Source of the DNA: an uncultured Methanosarcinales archaeon
Lineage (GTDB): Archaea > Nanobdellota > Nanobdellia > Woesearchaeales > BS150m-G63
Length of the DNA: 64,000 nucleotides
Reading direction: 5' to 3'
NCBI GenBank assembly: GCA_964630685.1
Contig: CAZVVW010000006.1
Span: forward strand, 16-64,015
Shown: positions 56,322 through 64,000 of the stretch, one piece after another
How the letters are laid out: every line of letters begins with the position of its first letter
Position numbering within the stretch: the first letter of the stretch is position 1
The notes under the pieces: model-generated
Databases searched by the model: none
Told to the model about the DNA's origin: nothing
Seen by the model: the letters and a program-made list of their open reading frames with translations, nothing else
Made by a program: the position numbers and the translations under genes

Positions 56322-57305
56322 ATGGATTATGGAGCAATATCAAGACTGTATCCTGGAAAGATCAGGAAAAATTACTTGAAGTTACTCTCTTATTTTGATT
56401 TGAAAATCAAAAAGGAGTATGTGTTAGGTTTTATTATTTTTAGTGGTCTTGCTGTTTCATTGATAGTTGCGTTACAACTTGCAAGAATCTATGAGGTTTC
56501 TTTGTTTTTGATGTTTATCGCTTCTTTTGTAGTGATTGAATTTTTAGTACACACTTTAATTACTTTGGCAGCAGAAAGAAAAGCTAAATTTGTTGAAGAT
56601 GTATTACCTGATGCATTGCAATTGATGGCAAGTAATTTACGGGCTGGTTTGACTCCTGATAAAGCATTTTTAGTTTCAGCAAGACCTGAGTTTGGGATAT
56701 TAAATGAAGAAATCAATAGAATTGGAAAAGAAATTACTGCTGGAACTGATATGGAATATGCGTTGAAAAAGTTGGCAAGAAGAGTAAAATCAGAAATATT
56801 GGGTAAAACAGTAGACCTTATTGTTTTAGGGTTGAGATCTGGGGGGGAGTTTTCTAGTTTGCTTGACCAAACTGCAGATAATTTAAAACAACAAAGAATA
56901 GTGAGAAATAAAGTTAGTTCAAATATTTTAATGTATGTCATTTTTATTTTTTCAGCAATCGCATTTGGTTCTCCAATATTGTTTGGGTTTTCATCTTTTT
57001 TGATTCAAGTGTTAGTGAAAAATCTTGGAAGTGTTAGTGCTATGACTGGAGATATGTCTGCTCAAATGAGTTTACCAATTCAGATGACTAATGTTGCAGT
57101 ATCTCCTGATTTTGTTATTTTGTTTATTGTGGTTTCTTTGATAACCTCATCTATTATGGGTTCATTTGTACTTGGAGCTATTTCAAAAGGAAGGGAAAGA
57201 GAAGGATTGAGTTATATACCTTTATTGGTGGCATTATCTCTTGGTTTGTTCTTTTTAGTTAGGTTTATTATTACAAATGCGTTTGGAGGATTAATGGCGT
57301 TTTAG
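56322..57305 (+). CDS. FlaJ/TadC-like platform membrane protein (T2SSF domain), second half of a split pair
   Basis: 'LPDALQLMASNLRAGLTPDKAFL...EYALKKLARRV' is a T2SSF-like domain with flanking TMs. 327 aa. It is 1-nt adjacent to the previous gene. Confidence 0.65.
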   Translation: MDYGAISRLYPGKIRKNYLKLLSYFDLKIKKEYVLGFIIFSGLAVSLIVALQLARIYEVSLFLMFIASFVVIEFLVHTLITLAAERKAKFVEDVLPDALQLMASNLRAGLTPDKAFLVSARPEFGILNEEINRIGKEITAGTDMEYALKKLARRVKSEILGKTVDLIVLGLRSGGEFSSLLDQTADNLKQQRIVRNKVSSNILMYVIFIFSAIAFGSPILFGFSSFLIQVLVKNLGSVSAMTGDMSAQMSLPIQMTNVAVSPDFVILFIVVSLITSSIMGSFVLGAISKGREREGLSYIPLLVALSLGLFFLVRFIITNAFGGLMAF

Positions 57306-57350
57306 TATTTTATAGTAAGATTTTTATAGTATTTTGATAATTTAAGTATT

Positions 57351-58172
57351 ATGACTAAAAAAGAAGGGGCTGAGAAAGTAGGTGTAGATGTTCTTGGAGA
57401 TTTTTTGAAAGGTCATAAAGATGCAAAGAAATCAGATTCTTATGAAGAGGTTAATGTTGATAGAATAAAACATACTGTAGGTGTTGGAGAAAGAATAGTT
57501 AGTGGAATAAAAGGATTTGATGGGTTGATAGGTGGAGGATTCAAAAAAGGTTCTAATGTTTTTGTTGAAGGAGGCCCTGGAACAGGCAAAACTATCTTGG
57601 GAATTCAGTTTTTAATGGAAGCTATTAATGAAGGTGGTGTTGCTGTTTATTTCTCTTTTGAGGAAAATAAAGAAGATATTTATACTGATATGAAAGCTTT
57701 TGGATGGGATTTGGAGAAGTTAGAAAGTGAGAAAAAGTTTTTTTATGTTCATTATACGCCTGAGCAGATTACTGGGATTTTATCTGAAGGTGGTGGAACT
57801 TTAGATAGTTTTGTTAGAAAAATAAGTCCTACGCGGTTAGTTATTGATTCAATAACTGCATTTACTTTACTTGGGGCAGATGAATTAAAGAAAAGAGAGA
57901 ATGTTTTAGCTTTGTTAGATTTAATAGATAAATGGAATTGTACAACTCTTTTTACATTTCAACACGCTTCTGAAGGAGAAGGAGAACATAAAATTGCTAG
58001 TTTTATGGAATTTGAAGTTGATGGAATAATCTTGCTTTATTATGCTCGTAAAGGAATTCTTGGTGAAGGGCGTGAGAGGAAACTCGAAGTGCTTAAGATG
58101 AGAGGAACTGACCATATTAAGGGTGCAGTTACTTTTAATGTTGGCGAAAACGGAATTATGATTGTTGAATGA
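57351..58172 (+). CDS. KaiC/RecA-superfamily ATPase (FlaH/ArlH-like)
   Basis: Walker A 'VEGGPGTGKTILGIQF' and Walker B 'RLVIDSITA'. It has a single KaiC-like domain of 273 aa. Confidence 0.65.
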   Translation: MTKKEGAEKVGVDVLGDFLKGHKDAKKSDSYEEVNVDRIKHTVGVGERIVSGIKGFDGLIGGGFKKGSNVFVEGGPGTGKTILGIQFLMEAINEGGVAVYFSFEENKEDIYTDMKAFGWDLEKLESEKKFFYVHYTPEQITGILSEGGGTLDSFVRKISPTRLVIDSITAFTLLGADELKKRENVLALLDLIDKWNCTTLFTFQHASEGEGEHKIASFMEFEVDGIILLYYARKGILGEGRERKLEVLKMRGTDHIKGAVTFNVGENGIMIVE

Positions 58173-58215
58173 TTTATAGTAAGTTTTTTATATGTTTTAG
58201 ACATAAATTTTTGAT

Positions 58216-60756
58216 ATGGTGATTAAATCCGATAAACAAATAAAAAAGGAATTTAAGAAAGAAGTTTCTAAGAATCCTGAGAAATATTATGCTGTAAAGG
58301 TGTTGAAGAAAGCAGGATTTGTTCGTGCTAAATGTAAAAAGTGCGGGATATATTTTTGGAGCATAAAGAAACGAGATATTTGTGGAGATGCTGCATGTTC
58401 TGGCGGATTTAAATTTATAGGAAATAGTCCTGCTAAAAATAAATTAGATTATATTGGTGTTTGGACTGAATTTGCAAAATTGTTTTCTAAATTAGGATAT
58501 ACACCTATAAAGAGATATCCTGTTGTTGCGCGATGGAGGGATGATACTGATTTTGTGCAAGCAAGTATTTATGATTTTCAACCTTATGTGGTTTCTGGTG
58601 AAGTTAAACCACCAGCTAACCCTCTTGTTGTACCACAGTTTAGTTTACGTTTTAATGATATTGATAATGTGGGAATAACAGGTCAACATTATGTTGGATT
58701 TGTGATGATTGGACAACATGCGTTTATGCCTCCAGAAGAATGGGATAAAGATAAATATTTTTCTGATATTAAGTTGTGGCTGAATAAAGGTTTAGGATTA
58801 GAAGATGATGAGATTATTTTTCATGAAGATGCTTGGGCTGGAGGAGGAAATTTTGGTCCTTGTATGGAATTTTTTAGCAGAGGGATGGAATTAGGAAATC
58901 AAGTTTATATGATGTATGAACAAACTCCATCGGGAACTAAGGAGTTAAAACTTAAAGTTTTAGATATGGGGATGGGACATGAAAGAAATGCATGGTTTAC
59001 TCATGGTACCTCAACTAGTTATGAATCTACTTTTCCAACTGTGATGAAAAAATTACATCAACTTACAGGTGTAAGGGTGGATGAAAAATTAATGGCTAAA
59101 TTCTTACCTTATGCTTCTTATTTGAATATTGATGAAGTTGAAGATATTGAAAAAACATGGAAATTTGTTGCTGAAAAAGTGGGTATGGGTGTTAGTGAAT
59201 TGAGAAAACAGATACTCCCTTTAGCTGCACTTTATTCTGTTGCAGAACATTCAAGAGCGCTATTAGTTGCATTATCTGATGGTGCTTTGCCAGGTAATGT
59301 TGGAGGGGGATATAATTTACGAACTGTGTTGCGAAGAGCACTTTCTTTTATTGATAGGTATGGGTGGAATTTAGATCTTGCTGAAATTTGTAAGTGGCAT
59401 GCAGAATATCTTGAACCTTTATTTCCTGAATTGAGTGATAATTTAGATAATGTGAGTAAGATTCTTGGAGTTGAAAAAAGAAAATATATTGCGTCTAAAG
59501 AAAAAGCTAAACAAATAACTGTTGTTATTGTTAAAAAAGATATTGATGAAAGAAAACTTCTTGAACTTTATGATAGTCAAGGGATTCAGCCAGAGATGAT
59601 AAGGGTTGAGGCAGCTAAATTAGGGAAAAAAGTGGTTATTCCTGAAAATTTTTATTCAAAAGTTTCTGAATTACACGAACAAAGAAAGCAAGTTCATGCA
59701 ATTGTAAGGGGGGAGAGGTTAGAGCTAGAAGGATTGCCAGAAACAGAGGCGCTTTATTTTGAAGATTATCGTAAAATTAAATTTGGGGCAAAAGTGCTAA
59801 AGATTATTGATAATAAAGTTATTCTTGATAGGTCTTATTTTTATCCAACTTCTGGAGGGCAGTTGCATGATCTAGGTGTTATCAATGGTAAAAAAGTTGT
59901 TGATGTGTTCAAACAAGGAAATATTATTGTGCATGTCATGGAATCCAAACCTCTTTTAAGAATTGGTGGTGAAATTATTGCTGAAATAAACTTTGAGAAA
60001 AGAAAACAATTAACACAACACCATACTGCTACACATATTGTAAATGCCGCTGCAAAAAAAGTTTTGGGGAATCATGTTTTCCAAGCAGGTGCTAAAAAAA
60101 CTTTAGATAAAGCACATTTAGATATCACTCATTATGAAAGTATTTCTAATGAAGAATTGAGAAAAATAGAAGACGAGGCAAATACAATTGTTGATAGGGC
60201 GCTTCCTGTCAATTCTTCTTTTTTGAATAGAGATATGGCTGAGAAAAAATATGGGTTGAGTATTTATCAAGGCGGAGCTGTTCCTGGAAATAAAATTAGA
60301 ATTATTGATATTAGTGGAGTAGATGTTGAAGCATGTGGTGGAACCCATTTACATGATACGTCTGAAGTTGGAAAGATTAAGATTTTGAAAAGCACTAAAA
60401 TTCAGGATGGTGTTTGTAGGATAATTTTTACTGCAGGGAATGCTGCTGAAATGCAAGGAAAAGGAGAAACAGAGATATTGGATGAGTTATCAAAATTATT
60501 GGGCATGGAGATTGAAGAGATTCCTGCTAGAGCAGAAGAATTATTTGCTAAATGGAAAAAAGCAAAAAAAGCAGTTAAAAAGAAAAAAGAGATAGATGTT
60601 AAGGAGTTAGAATTAGTTGTTAAAGAAAAAAGAAAAGGAGATGTATTGGGTGAGACTGCTAAAATTTTAAAAACTCAACCAGAACATGTTTTGAAAACAG
60701 TGGAAAGATTCATGAAAGAATTAGATGGGTTTATTAAGAAATTGAATAGTGAATAA
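58216..60756 (+). CDS. alaS: Alanyl-tRNA synthetase (archaeal type)
   Basis: The archaeal AlaRS catalytic core is present. The editing-domain 'HTATHIVNAAA' and 'CGGTHLHDTSEVG' zinc motifs are present. 846 aa. Confidence 0.9.
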   Translation: MVIKSDKQIKKEFKKEVSKNPEKYYAVKVLKKAGFVRAKCKKCGIYFWSIKKRDICGDAACSGGFKFIGNSPAKNKLDYIGVWTEFAKLFSKLGYTPIKRYPVVARWRDDTDFVQASIYDFQPYVVSGEVKPPANPLVVPQFSLRFNDIDNVGITGQHYVGFVMIGQHAFMPPEEWDKDKYFSDIKLWLNKGLGLEDDEIIFHEDAWAGGGNFGPCMEFFSRGMELGNQVYMMYEQTPSGTKELKLKVLDMGMGHERNAWFTHGTSTSYESTFPTVMKKLHQLTGVRVDEKLMAKFLPYASYLNIDEVEDIEKTWKFVAEKVGMGVSELRKQILPLAALYSVAEHSRALLVALSDGALPGNVGGGYNLRTVLRRALSFIDRYGWNLDLAEICKWHAEYLEPLFPELSDNLDNVSKILGVEKRKYIASKEKAKQITVVIVKKDIDERKLLELYDSQGIQPEMIRVEAAKLGKKVVIPENFYSKVSELHEQRKQVHAIVRGERLELEGLPETEALYFEDYRKIKFGAKVLKIIDNKVILDRSYFYPTSGGQLHDLGVINGKKVVDVFKQGNIIVHVMESKPLLRIGGEIIAEINFEKRKQLTQHHTATHIVNAAAKKVLGNHVFQAGAKKTLDKAHLDITHYESISNEELRKIEDEANTIVDRALPVNSSFLNRDMAEKKYGLSIYQGGAVPGNKIRIIDISGVDVEACGGTHLHDTSEVGKIKILKSTKIQDGVCRIIFTAGNAAEMQGKGETEILDELSKLLGMEIEEIPARAEELFAKWKKAKKAVKKKKEIDVKELELVVKEKRKGDVLGETAKILKTQPEHVLKTVERFMKELDGFIKKLNSE

Positions 60757-60801
60757 TAAAAAAGAAAGGTTTATAAAAAAACAAAGTTATTTTGAGATTG
60801 G

Positions 60802-61113
60802 GTGATATTAATGATTAATAACGAAGAATCAATTCCAGAAGAAGAACAAGATATACCTGTAGAAGAAGGAGCTGATGAAGAAGTTTATTCTAGTGAAGGA
60901 AGGGATAAACTTGTAGAAGAAGACGAGATAAGTCCTTGGGAAGCTGCATTTATGGAAGGTGCTGATAATGATGGTCAACAAGCTAAATGCAGAAAATGTG
61001 GAAAAATGCTTGATAGAAGTGGCCCAATCATAGAAAAAGTTGTTGATGGGGAATTACACAGATTTTGTTCTGATAAGTGTGTTGAGGAATTCGATAAAAA
61101 AAGAGAATCATGA
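60802..61113 (+). CDS. Acidic protein with C-terminal TRASH-type zinc ribbon
   Basis: Asp/Glu-rich N-terminus with 'EDEISPWEAAFMEGADND'. The C-terminus 'CRKCGKML-x22-CSDKC' fits the TRASH pattern C-x2-C-x19-22-C-x3-C. Confidence 0.6.
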   Translation: MILMINNEESIPEEEQDIPVEEGADEEVYSSEGRDKLVEEDEISPWEAAFMEGADNDGQQAKCRKCGKMLDRSGPIIEKVVDGELHRFCSDKCVEEFDKKRES

Positions 61114-61661
61114 AACATCTGAAAAAAACATTAGCGATTGTTCAGATTTGTATAACTTTCTTTGTATTGATAGGATTCTATTTATTATATCATAAATTTA
61201 GTGGGTGGGATTATTATGAAAAAATCTATTTGTTTATTGTGTTTTATTTTACTCTTGCTTTATTTTTATTGAATGCTGTAGGTTATATGGTTCATGATAG
61301 GAAAAAACATATTAAAGTTATGATTGGTACAATTCAGTTAGTGGTTAGTATTGTTCTAGGTTTAGTGTTGTTACAAGTTTATGGAAATTATGTTGGGGTA
61401 ATCGCAACCCATATTGGATTGACTTTATTTGTGATTCCATTTTTATTTATTTTGAGTGCTGCAGGTTATTTAGTTAAGAAAGAGAAACATACAACTAAAG
61501 AAGTTCTTGGTACTATTCAAATAACTGTTAGTTTATTGATAATGTTTGTGTTGGTTATTTTAGGGGTGTTAGCTAAAGCAAATGCATTTTATTATTTTGC
61601 ATTAAATGTGGTACCTGTTTTGTATATTTTAAGCGCTTTGGGATATATGGTAAAGAAATAA
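61110..61661 (+). CDS. Membrane protein with three internal sequence repeats
   Basis: 'AVGYMVHDRKKHIKVMIGTIQLVVSIVLGLVLL', 'AAGYLVKKEKHTTKEVLGTIQITVSLLIMFVLVIL' and 'ALGYMVKK' form three repeat units. 183 aa. Confidence 0.5.
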   Translation: MKHLKKTLAIVQICITFFVLIGFYLLYHKFSGWDYYEKIYLFIVFYFTLALFLLNAVGYMVHDRKKHIKVMIGTIQLVVSIVLGLVLLQVYGNYVGVIATHIGLTLFVIPFLFILSAAGYLVKKEKHTTKEVLGTIQITVSLLIMFVLVILGVLAKANAFYYFALNVVPVLYILSALGYMVKK

Positions 61662-62216
61662 TTAAGGTGTGAATTCTTCTTTTAGAAGTCCAAATTTTAG
61701 ATGGTCATACCATTTGTTATCTTTGAATATTTCTTTTCTTGCTGTACCTTCTAGTTTAAATCCCACCCTTAATAGAAGTCCATAGGATGCTTTATTTGGG
61801 TGAAGTACTTGTGAATTAATTCTTTCTAGTTTTAGTTCTTTAAATGCATAATTTAAGGTAAGAATCAGTGCTTCTTTAGCTATTCCTTGTCGCCAGTATT
61901 TTTTTCCAAGCCAATAACCTATTTCTGCATTTTTGTTGTTGACATCAATATGTTTGAGATCCATTACTCCAATTGCTTTATTTTTTTCTTTTAATATAAT
62001 TCCTAATTTTGTTGATGTTTTTTTCTTATACTCTTTCTGAATCTTTTTTATAAATTGAATTGCATGTTCTAATTTATATGGCCATGGAATGTTTAAGGTA
62101 TATTTTACAATATCTTTATGGTTTATGTGCTTGTAAATTGATTCTGCATCTGAAAGTTTTAGTTGTCTAAGAATTATTTTTTCTCCTTCTAATTTTATTT
62201 TATTTTTTAAACTCAT
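61662..62216 (-). CDS. GNAT-family N-acetyltransferase (RimJ/RimL-like)
   Basis: 'WRQGIAKEALILTLNYAFKELKLERI' is GNAT motif A (acetyl-CoA-binding region). 184 aa. Confidence 0.75.
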   Translation of the reverse strand: MSLKNKIKLEGEKIILRQLKLSDAESIYKHINHKDIVKYTLNIPWPYKLEHAIQFIKKIQKEYKKKTSTKLGIILKEKNKAIGVMDLKHIDVNNKNAEIGYWLGKKYWRQGIAKEALILTLNYAFKELKLERINSQVLHPNKASYGLLLRVGFKLEGTARKEIFKDNKWYDHLKFGLLKEEFTP

Positions 62217-62222
62217 TTTAAC

Positions 62223-62840
62223 TTATATATTTCCATGCCATTCTTTGATGAATCGTTCAACAAATTCTTTTGTGAAATCAAACCTTTCTTTAGCTATTTC
62301 CTGCGCTAATTTTGTATGAAAACTTTTTGGTTTTAATTTTAAGATCTTTTCGTGAAAATGATTTATAGATGTTTCTGCATTACTAATATAAATTTCTTGG
62401 GGTTTTATATTGGGATTATAATGTGGTCTTCCATGTTCTACACTATGAGTTAATACCCTAGTTATTGCAATAGCACCTATTGCGTCTAGTCTATCAGCAT
62501 CTTGTAATATTTCTGCTTCTTTAGTTTTTGGCGCCAGTTTTTTGCTGTAACGATGTACTGCTATACAATGTACAACAGCTGGAATTTTTTCTTTTGGGAA
62601 ATTTATTTCTTCCAGAATTTCTGGAGCCATCTTTGCGCCTTGTTCTGCATGACATAATCCTGTTTTAGATTGTTTTTTTCTTGCTATATCGTGAAGTAAT
62701 GCAGATGCTTTTATTATATCCATATCTGCTTTTTTCTGTTTTGCTATTCTTACAGCTAGATTGAATACTCTTTCTGTATGGTCAAAACCATGGCCCCCTT
62801 CTTTGAAGTAAGGTATTATCTTTTCTTTTAGATGTTTCAT
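62223..62840 (-). CDS. HD-domain phosphohydrolase
   Basis: 'GHGFDHTERV' and 'LLHDIAR' give the H...HD...D metal-binding signature. 205 aa. Confidence 0.75.
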   Translation of the reverse strand: MKHLKEKIIPYFKEGGHGFDHTERVFNLAVRIAKQKKADMDIIKASALLHDIARKKQSKTGLCHAEQGAKMAPEILEEINFPKEKIPAVVHCIAVHRYSKKLAPKTKEAEILQDADRLDAIGAIAITRVLTHSVEHGRPHYNPNIKPQEIYISNAETSINHFHEKILKLKPKSFHTKLAQEIAKERFDFTKEFVERFIKEWHGNI

Positions 62841-62996
62841 ACCAGAATTAATTTATTTTGAGTTTATATGTTTTTTGGCTTTTAGTCGGAATATCTTCGG
62901 TTAAATCCATGTTAATTGTAATCACACTTACGGTCATCTAAAGAATTAAATTAGAAAAAGGATTTCTTCAGGATGAACTCAAGTTTCACAACTATT

Positions 62997-63977
62997 TCAT
63001 AGCCATTCTACTTTGACATCATCTGTTCGTTCATAAGGTAATATATTGCTGTCTTTGATTTTTGTTTCTTGGCCTGATTTGTATTGAAGAATTCCTTGCC
63101 ATGCAATCATTGCGCCATTATCAACATTAAATTCATTTGGAACTGTGAAACATTTTGCCCCTCTTGCTTTACACATCTGTTTTGACATTTCCTGAAGTCT
63201 GGTGTTGCATGCGACCCCCCCTCCAAGAAGAAGTTCTGTTTTATTACAATGAGCGAGTGCTCTTTCTGCAACTTCTAAAAGCATTGCAAAAGCAGTTTCT
63301 TGAAGGGAGTAAGCCAGATCTTCTTTTTTTATTCCTTGTTGGTGTTTTTGTTTTAAGTTTGTTAGTAATCCGCCGAAACTCACATCCATACCTTTTACAG
63401 TATAAGGAAGCTCAATCATTTTTTCCCCTTTTTCTGCTAATTGTGATATTTTTGGTCCACCAGGAAAACCGAGTTCTAAGTATCTTGCAAAACTGTCTAA
63501 GAAATTTCCAATTCCAATGTCTAGAGTTTCACCAAAGATTCTGTATTTTTTTCCTTCGTAAGCGATAACTTGAGTGTTTGCTCCGGAAACATAAAGCAGG
63601 ACTGGGTCTTTTGCTTGAGTGAGCATTGTGCCTATACTTAGGTGTGCAATGCAGTGATTGATTCCTATTAGTGGTTTTTTTAGTTTTAAGGCTAATGAAC
63701 GTGCGAAAAATGCTCCAATTCTTAAGCAGTGACCCATTCCAGGTCCTTGTGAAAATGAAATTAAATCTATGTCTTTTAGTTTTAGGTTTGCTTTCTCTAA
63801 TGCTTGTTCTAGTACTTTATCACAGACTTTAACGTGATGTTCGCCTGCTTTTACTGGAACCATTCCACCTTTTTTAGTGGTATAACTATTTTTAACATTA
63901 GCTAAAACTTTCTTTTTGTCTGTTACAATGCCTATTCCAAAAGTATGGGCAGTTGTTTCAATACCTAAACATATCAT
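62997..63977 (-). CDS. kae1: Kae1/TsaD tRNA N6-adenosine threonylcarbamoyltransferase (KEOPS catalytic subunit)
   Basis: 'MICLGIETTAHTFGIGIV', metal-binding 'NHCIAHL' and 'GGGVACNTRLQEM'. 326 aa. Confidence 0.9.
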   Translation of the reverse strand: MICLGIETTAHTFGIGIVTDKKKVLANVKNSYTTKKGGMVPVKAGEHHVKVCDKVLEQALEKANLKLKDIDLISFSQGPGMGHCLRIGAFFARSLALKLKKPLIGINHCIAHLSIGTMLTQAKDPVLLYVSGANTQVIAYEGKKYRIFGETLDIGIGNFLDSFARYLELGFPGGPKISQLAEKGEKMIELPYTVKGMDVSFGGLLTNLKQKHQQGIKKEDLAYSLQETAFAMLLEVAERALAHCNKTELLLGGGVACNTRLQEMSKQMCKARGAKCFTVPNEFNVDNGAMIAWQGILQYKSGQETKIKDSNILPYERTDDVKVEWL

Positions 63978-64000
63978 TTTGTATTATTATTATTATTATT
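63978..64000. repeat. (ATT)n microsatellite at the window edge, upstream of kae1
   Basis: ttgtattattattattattatt is at least 6 ATT units. It is truncated by the window boundary. Confidence 0.6.

Overview
This 64 kb window is AT-rich (about 30% GC) and gene-dense, and reads as an archaeal genome, most likely a DPANN-type lineage. The evidence for that is archaeal/eukaryotic-type TrpRS, archaeal AlaRS, Kae1, Elp3, Dph2/Dph5, S15P, a RecJ/GAN-like protein, XPD, an ATP-dependent DNA ligase, FtsZ, an intron-containing tRNA-Gln with an A1:U72 pair, and many class-III (type IV pilin-like) signal peptides of the 'KKAQAAMEFLMTYGWAIL' type. Housekeeping content includes IscS-IscU plus a ferredoxin, TrpRS, dUTPase, Dph2, Dph5, SppA, AK6/Fap7, NDP-sugar pyrophosphorylase plus phosphohexomutase, Elp3, nitroreductase, DNA ligase, FtsZ, tRNA-Gln, S15, RecJ-like, XPD, EndoV, AlaRS and Kae1. 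No rRNA, CRISPR array or obvious transposase was seen. Accessory content that stands out is listed below.
1. A roughly 11 kb type IV pilus / archaellum-like locus at 47.1-58.2 kb. It has three tandem major-pilin paralogs, six divergently encoded pilin-like genes including a LamG/ConA-like 'tip' protein, a FlaI/TadA-family ATPase, a split FlaJ/TadC platform pair and a KaiC/FlaH-like ATPase.
2. A seven-gene minus-strand operon at 13.9-21.6 kb. Reading in transcription order it encodes ArsR, a membrane protein, a P2-type cation ATPase, an amino-acid-permease::SAM-methyltransferase fusion, a LamG-domain pilin-like protein, and two HIT-like proteins whose catalytic histidine triad is degenerate.
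3. Two pilin paralogs carry an in-frame, GC-rich insertion of about 72 nt that duplicates the class-III signal-peptide motif. The insertion is flanked by 17-nt direct repeats and contains a conserved CTCCTCGAGA core that also occurs in an intergenic hairpin.
4. A SAM-methyltransferase gene is bracketed by perfect 15-bp inverted repeats and sits next to a XerA-like tyrosine recombinase and a 12-bp palindromic operator-like site.
5. Several further oddities are reported as findings. These are a PhoH-like ATPase with a long N-terminal domain and a coupled small ORF, an AbiEii-like nucleotidyltransferase, a thioredoxin/SurA-like surface protein with a poly-Asp microsatellite, a zinc-ribbon insertion in the DNA ligase, and a shared acidic motif in two small proteins.
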